Assembly: GCF_963921235.1 (NCBI RefSeq)
Contig: NC_086100.1
Span: 201,068,001-201,132,000, forward strand
Reading direction: 5' to 3'
DNA: 64,000 nucleotides
Source: Mobula hypostoma
Lineage: Eukaryota
Under the pieces are notes generated by a model, which had not been told where the DNA came from, did not search any database, and was given only the letters and a program-made list of their open reading frames with translations. The translations under genes were made by a program, and so were the position numbers. This document shows, one piece after another, positions 63,184 to 64,000 of this stretch. Positions within the stretch are counted from its first letter, which is position 1, and every line of letters starts with the position of its first letter.

Positions 63184-64000
63184 GTGAGTACTGGCTTCTC
63201 ACAGTCACCATGTCCAGTTTTTAACAGAGCATGTCCCTCTATCCTGAGGCTGAAACACAGGACTACCTCAGTGCTGAACACAAGAAATAGGGCCAGGACA
63301 AGGTCATTTGGCCCTTAACACCTCTTCATTATTCCTCAGGGGCATTCTCCTTGTGGTTCTTAACTCTGTTCATTGCCGGACATTGATAGTCCCTAGTTTG
63401 AGCTGGAACAGTGATCGAGGTTCCACAGCCTGTAGGGTTGAGAATTCCGCAGTGGCTCCTATACACCCCACCCCATCATCTGAGGGGCATTAAATGCTGG
63501 CCATACCATTTGAAGTTGTACAAGACATTGTATAGTCTGGGCACCTACCTGCAGGCAAGATGTCAGTAAGATTGAAAGGATGCAGAGGAAATTTAAAAGG
63601 ATGATGCTGAAACATGAGGAACTGAGTTATAGGGGAAGTTTGCACAGGCTAGGACTGTTATTCCCAGCAGTGTAGGAAATGATGGAAATATGATAGAGGT
63701 AGACTAAATTATGAGGGGCATAGATAGTGGAAAGAGCCTGCTTGCATTTCTCTGAGATTGGGTACGACTGCCACTAGAAGTCATGGGCTAAGGGTGAAAG
63801 GTGAAATGCTGAAGGGGGAACGTGGGGGGATGGGCTTTTCACTCGGGTGGTGCTGAGAGTGTAGAACGAACTGCCAGCACAAATGGCGAATGTGGGTTCG
63901 ATTTTACCATTCAGGAGAAGCTTGGATAGGTACATTGATAGGAGGGGTATGGAGGGCTCTGGTGTTAGGAATAGGCAGAATAATAGTCTGGCATGGACCA

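Overview
Repeat-dense vertebrate DNA, most likely from a cartilaginous fish, probably a ray. This is inferred from the CR1/HER1-like LINEs, V-domain SINEs and the Penelope family present. The only host gene is a + strand ADAM metalloprotease-disintegrin, most similar to ADAM15. Seven internal exons (11028-11099, 16856-17022, 32824-32908, 35390-35532, 44786-44963, 53034-53126, 62988-63183) have AG/GT borders and matching phases. They splice into an uninterrupted 934-nt frame (311 codons + 1 nt) covering the metalloprotease domain with an intact HELGHNLGISHD/CIM site, the disintegrin domain with an RGE-CD loop, and the start of the Cys-rich domain. The gene extends beyond both window ends. The introns (2.5-15.8 kb) are mostly nested transposons: many CR1 LINEs, Rex1/Babar-like LINEs, one full-length and one partial L1, Penelope-like elements (PLEs), a Tc1, a palindromic mariner-derived MITE, two related hAT/Charlie elements, SINEs and several minisatellites. 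The most striking non-coding signal is a family of minimal hammerhead-ribozyme motifs (AGTC-CTGACGA-AGGGTCTCGGCCT-GAAACGTC-GACT) carried by the PLE 3' region. About nine copies occur in the window, including ~160-bp TSD-flanked mini-insertions, a sense tandem pair, and two fold-back arrangements. All calls are from reading the sequence; no database searches were run.
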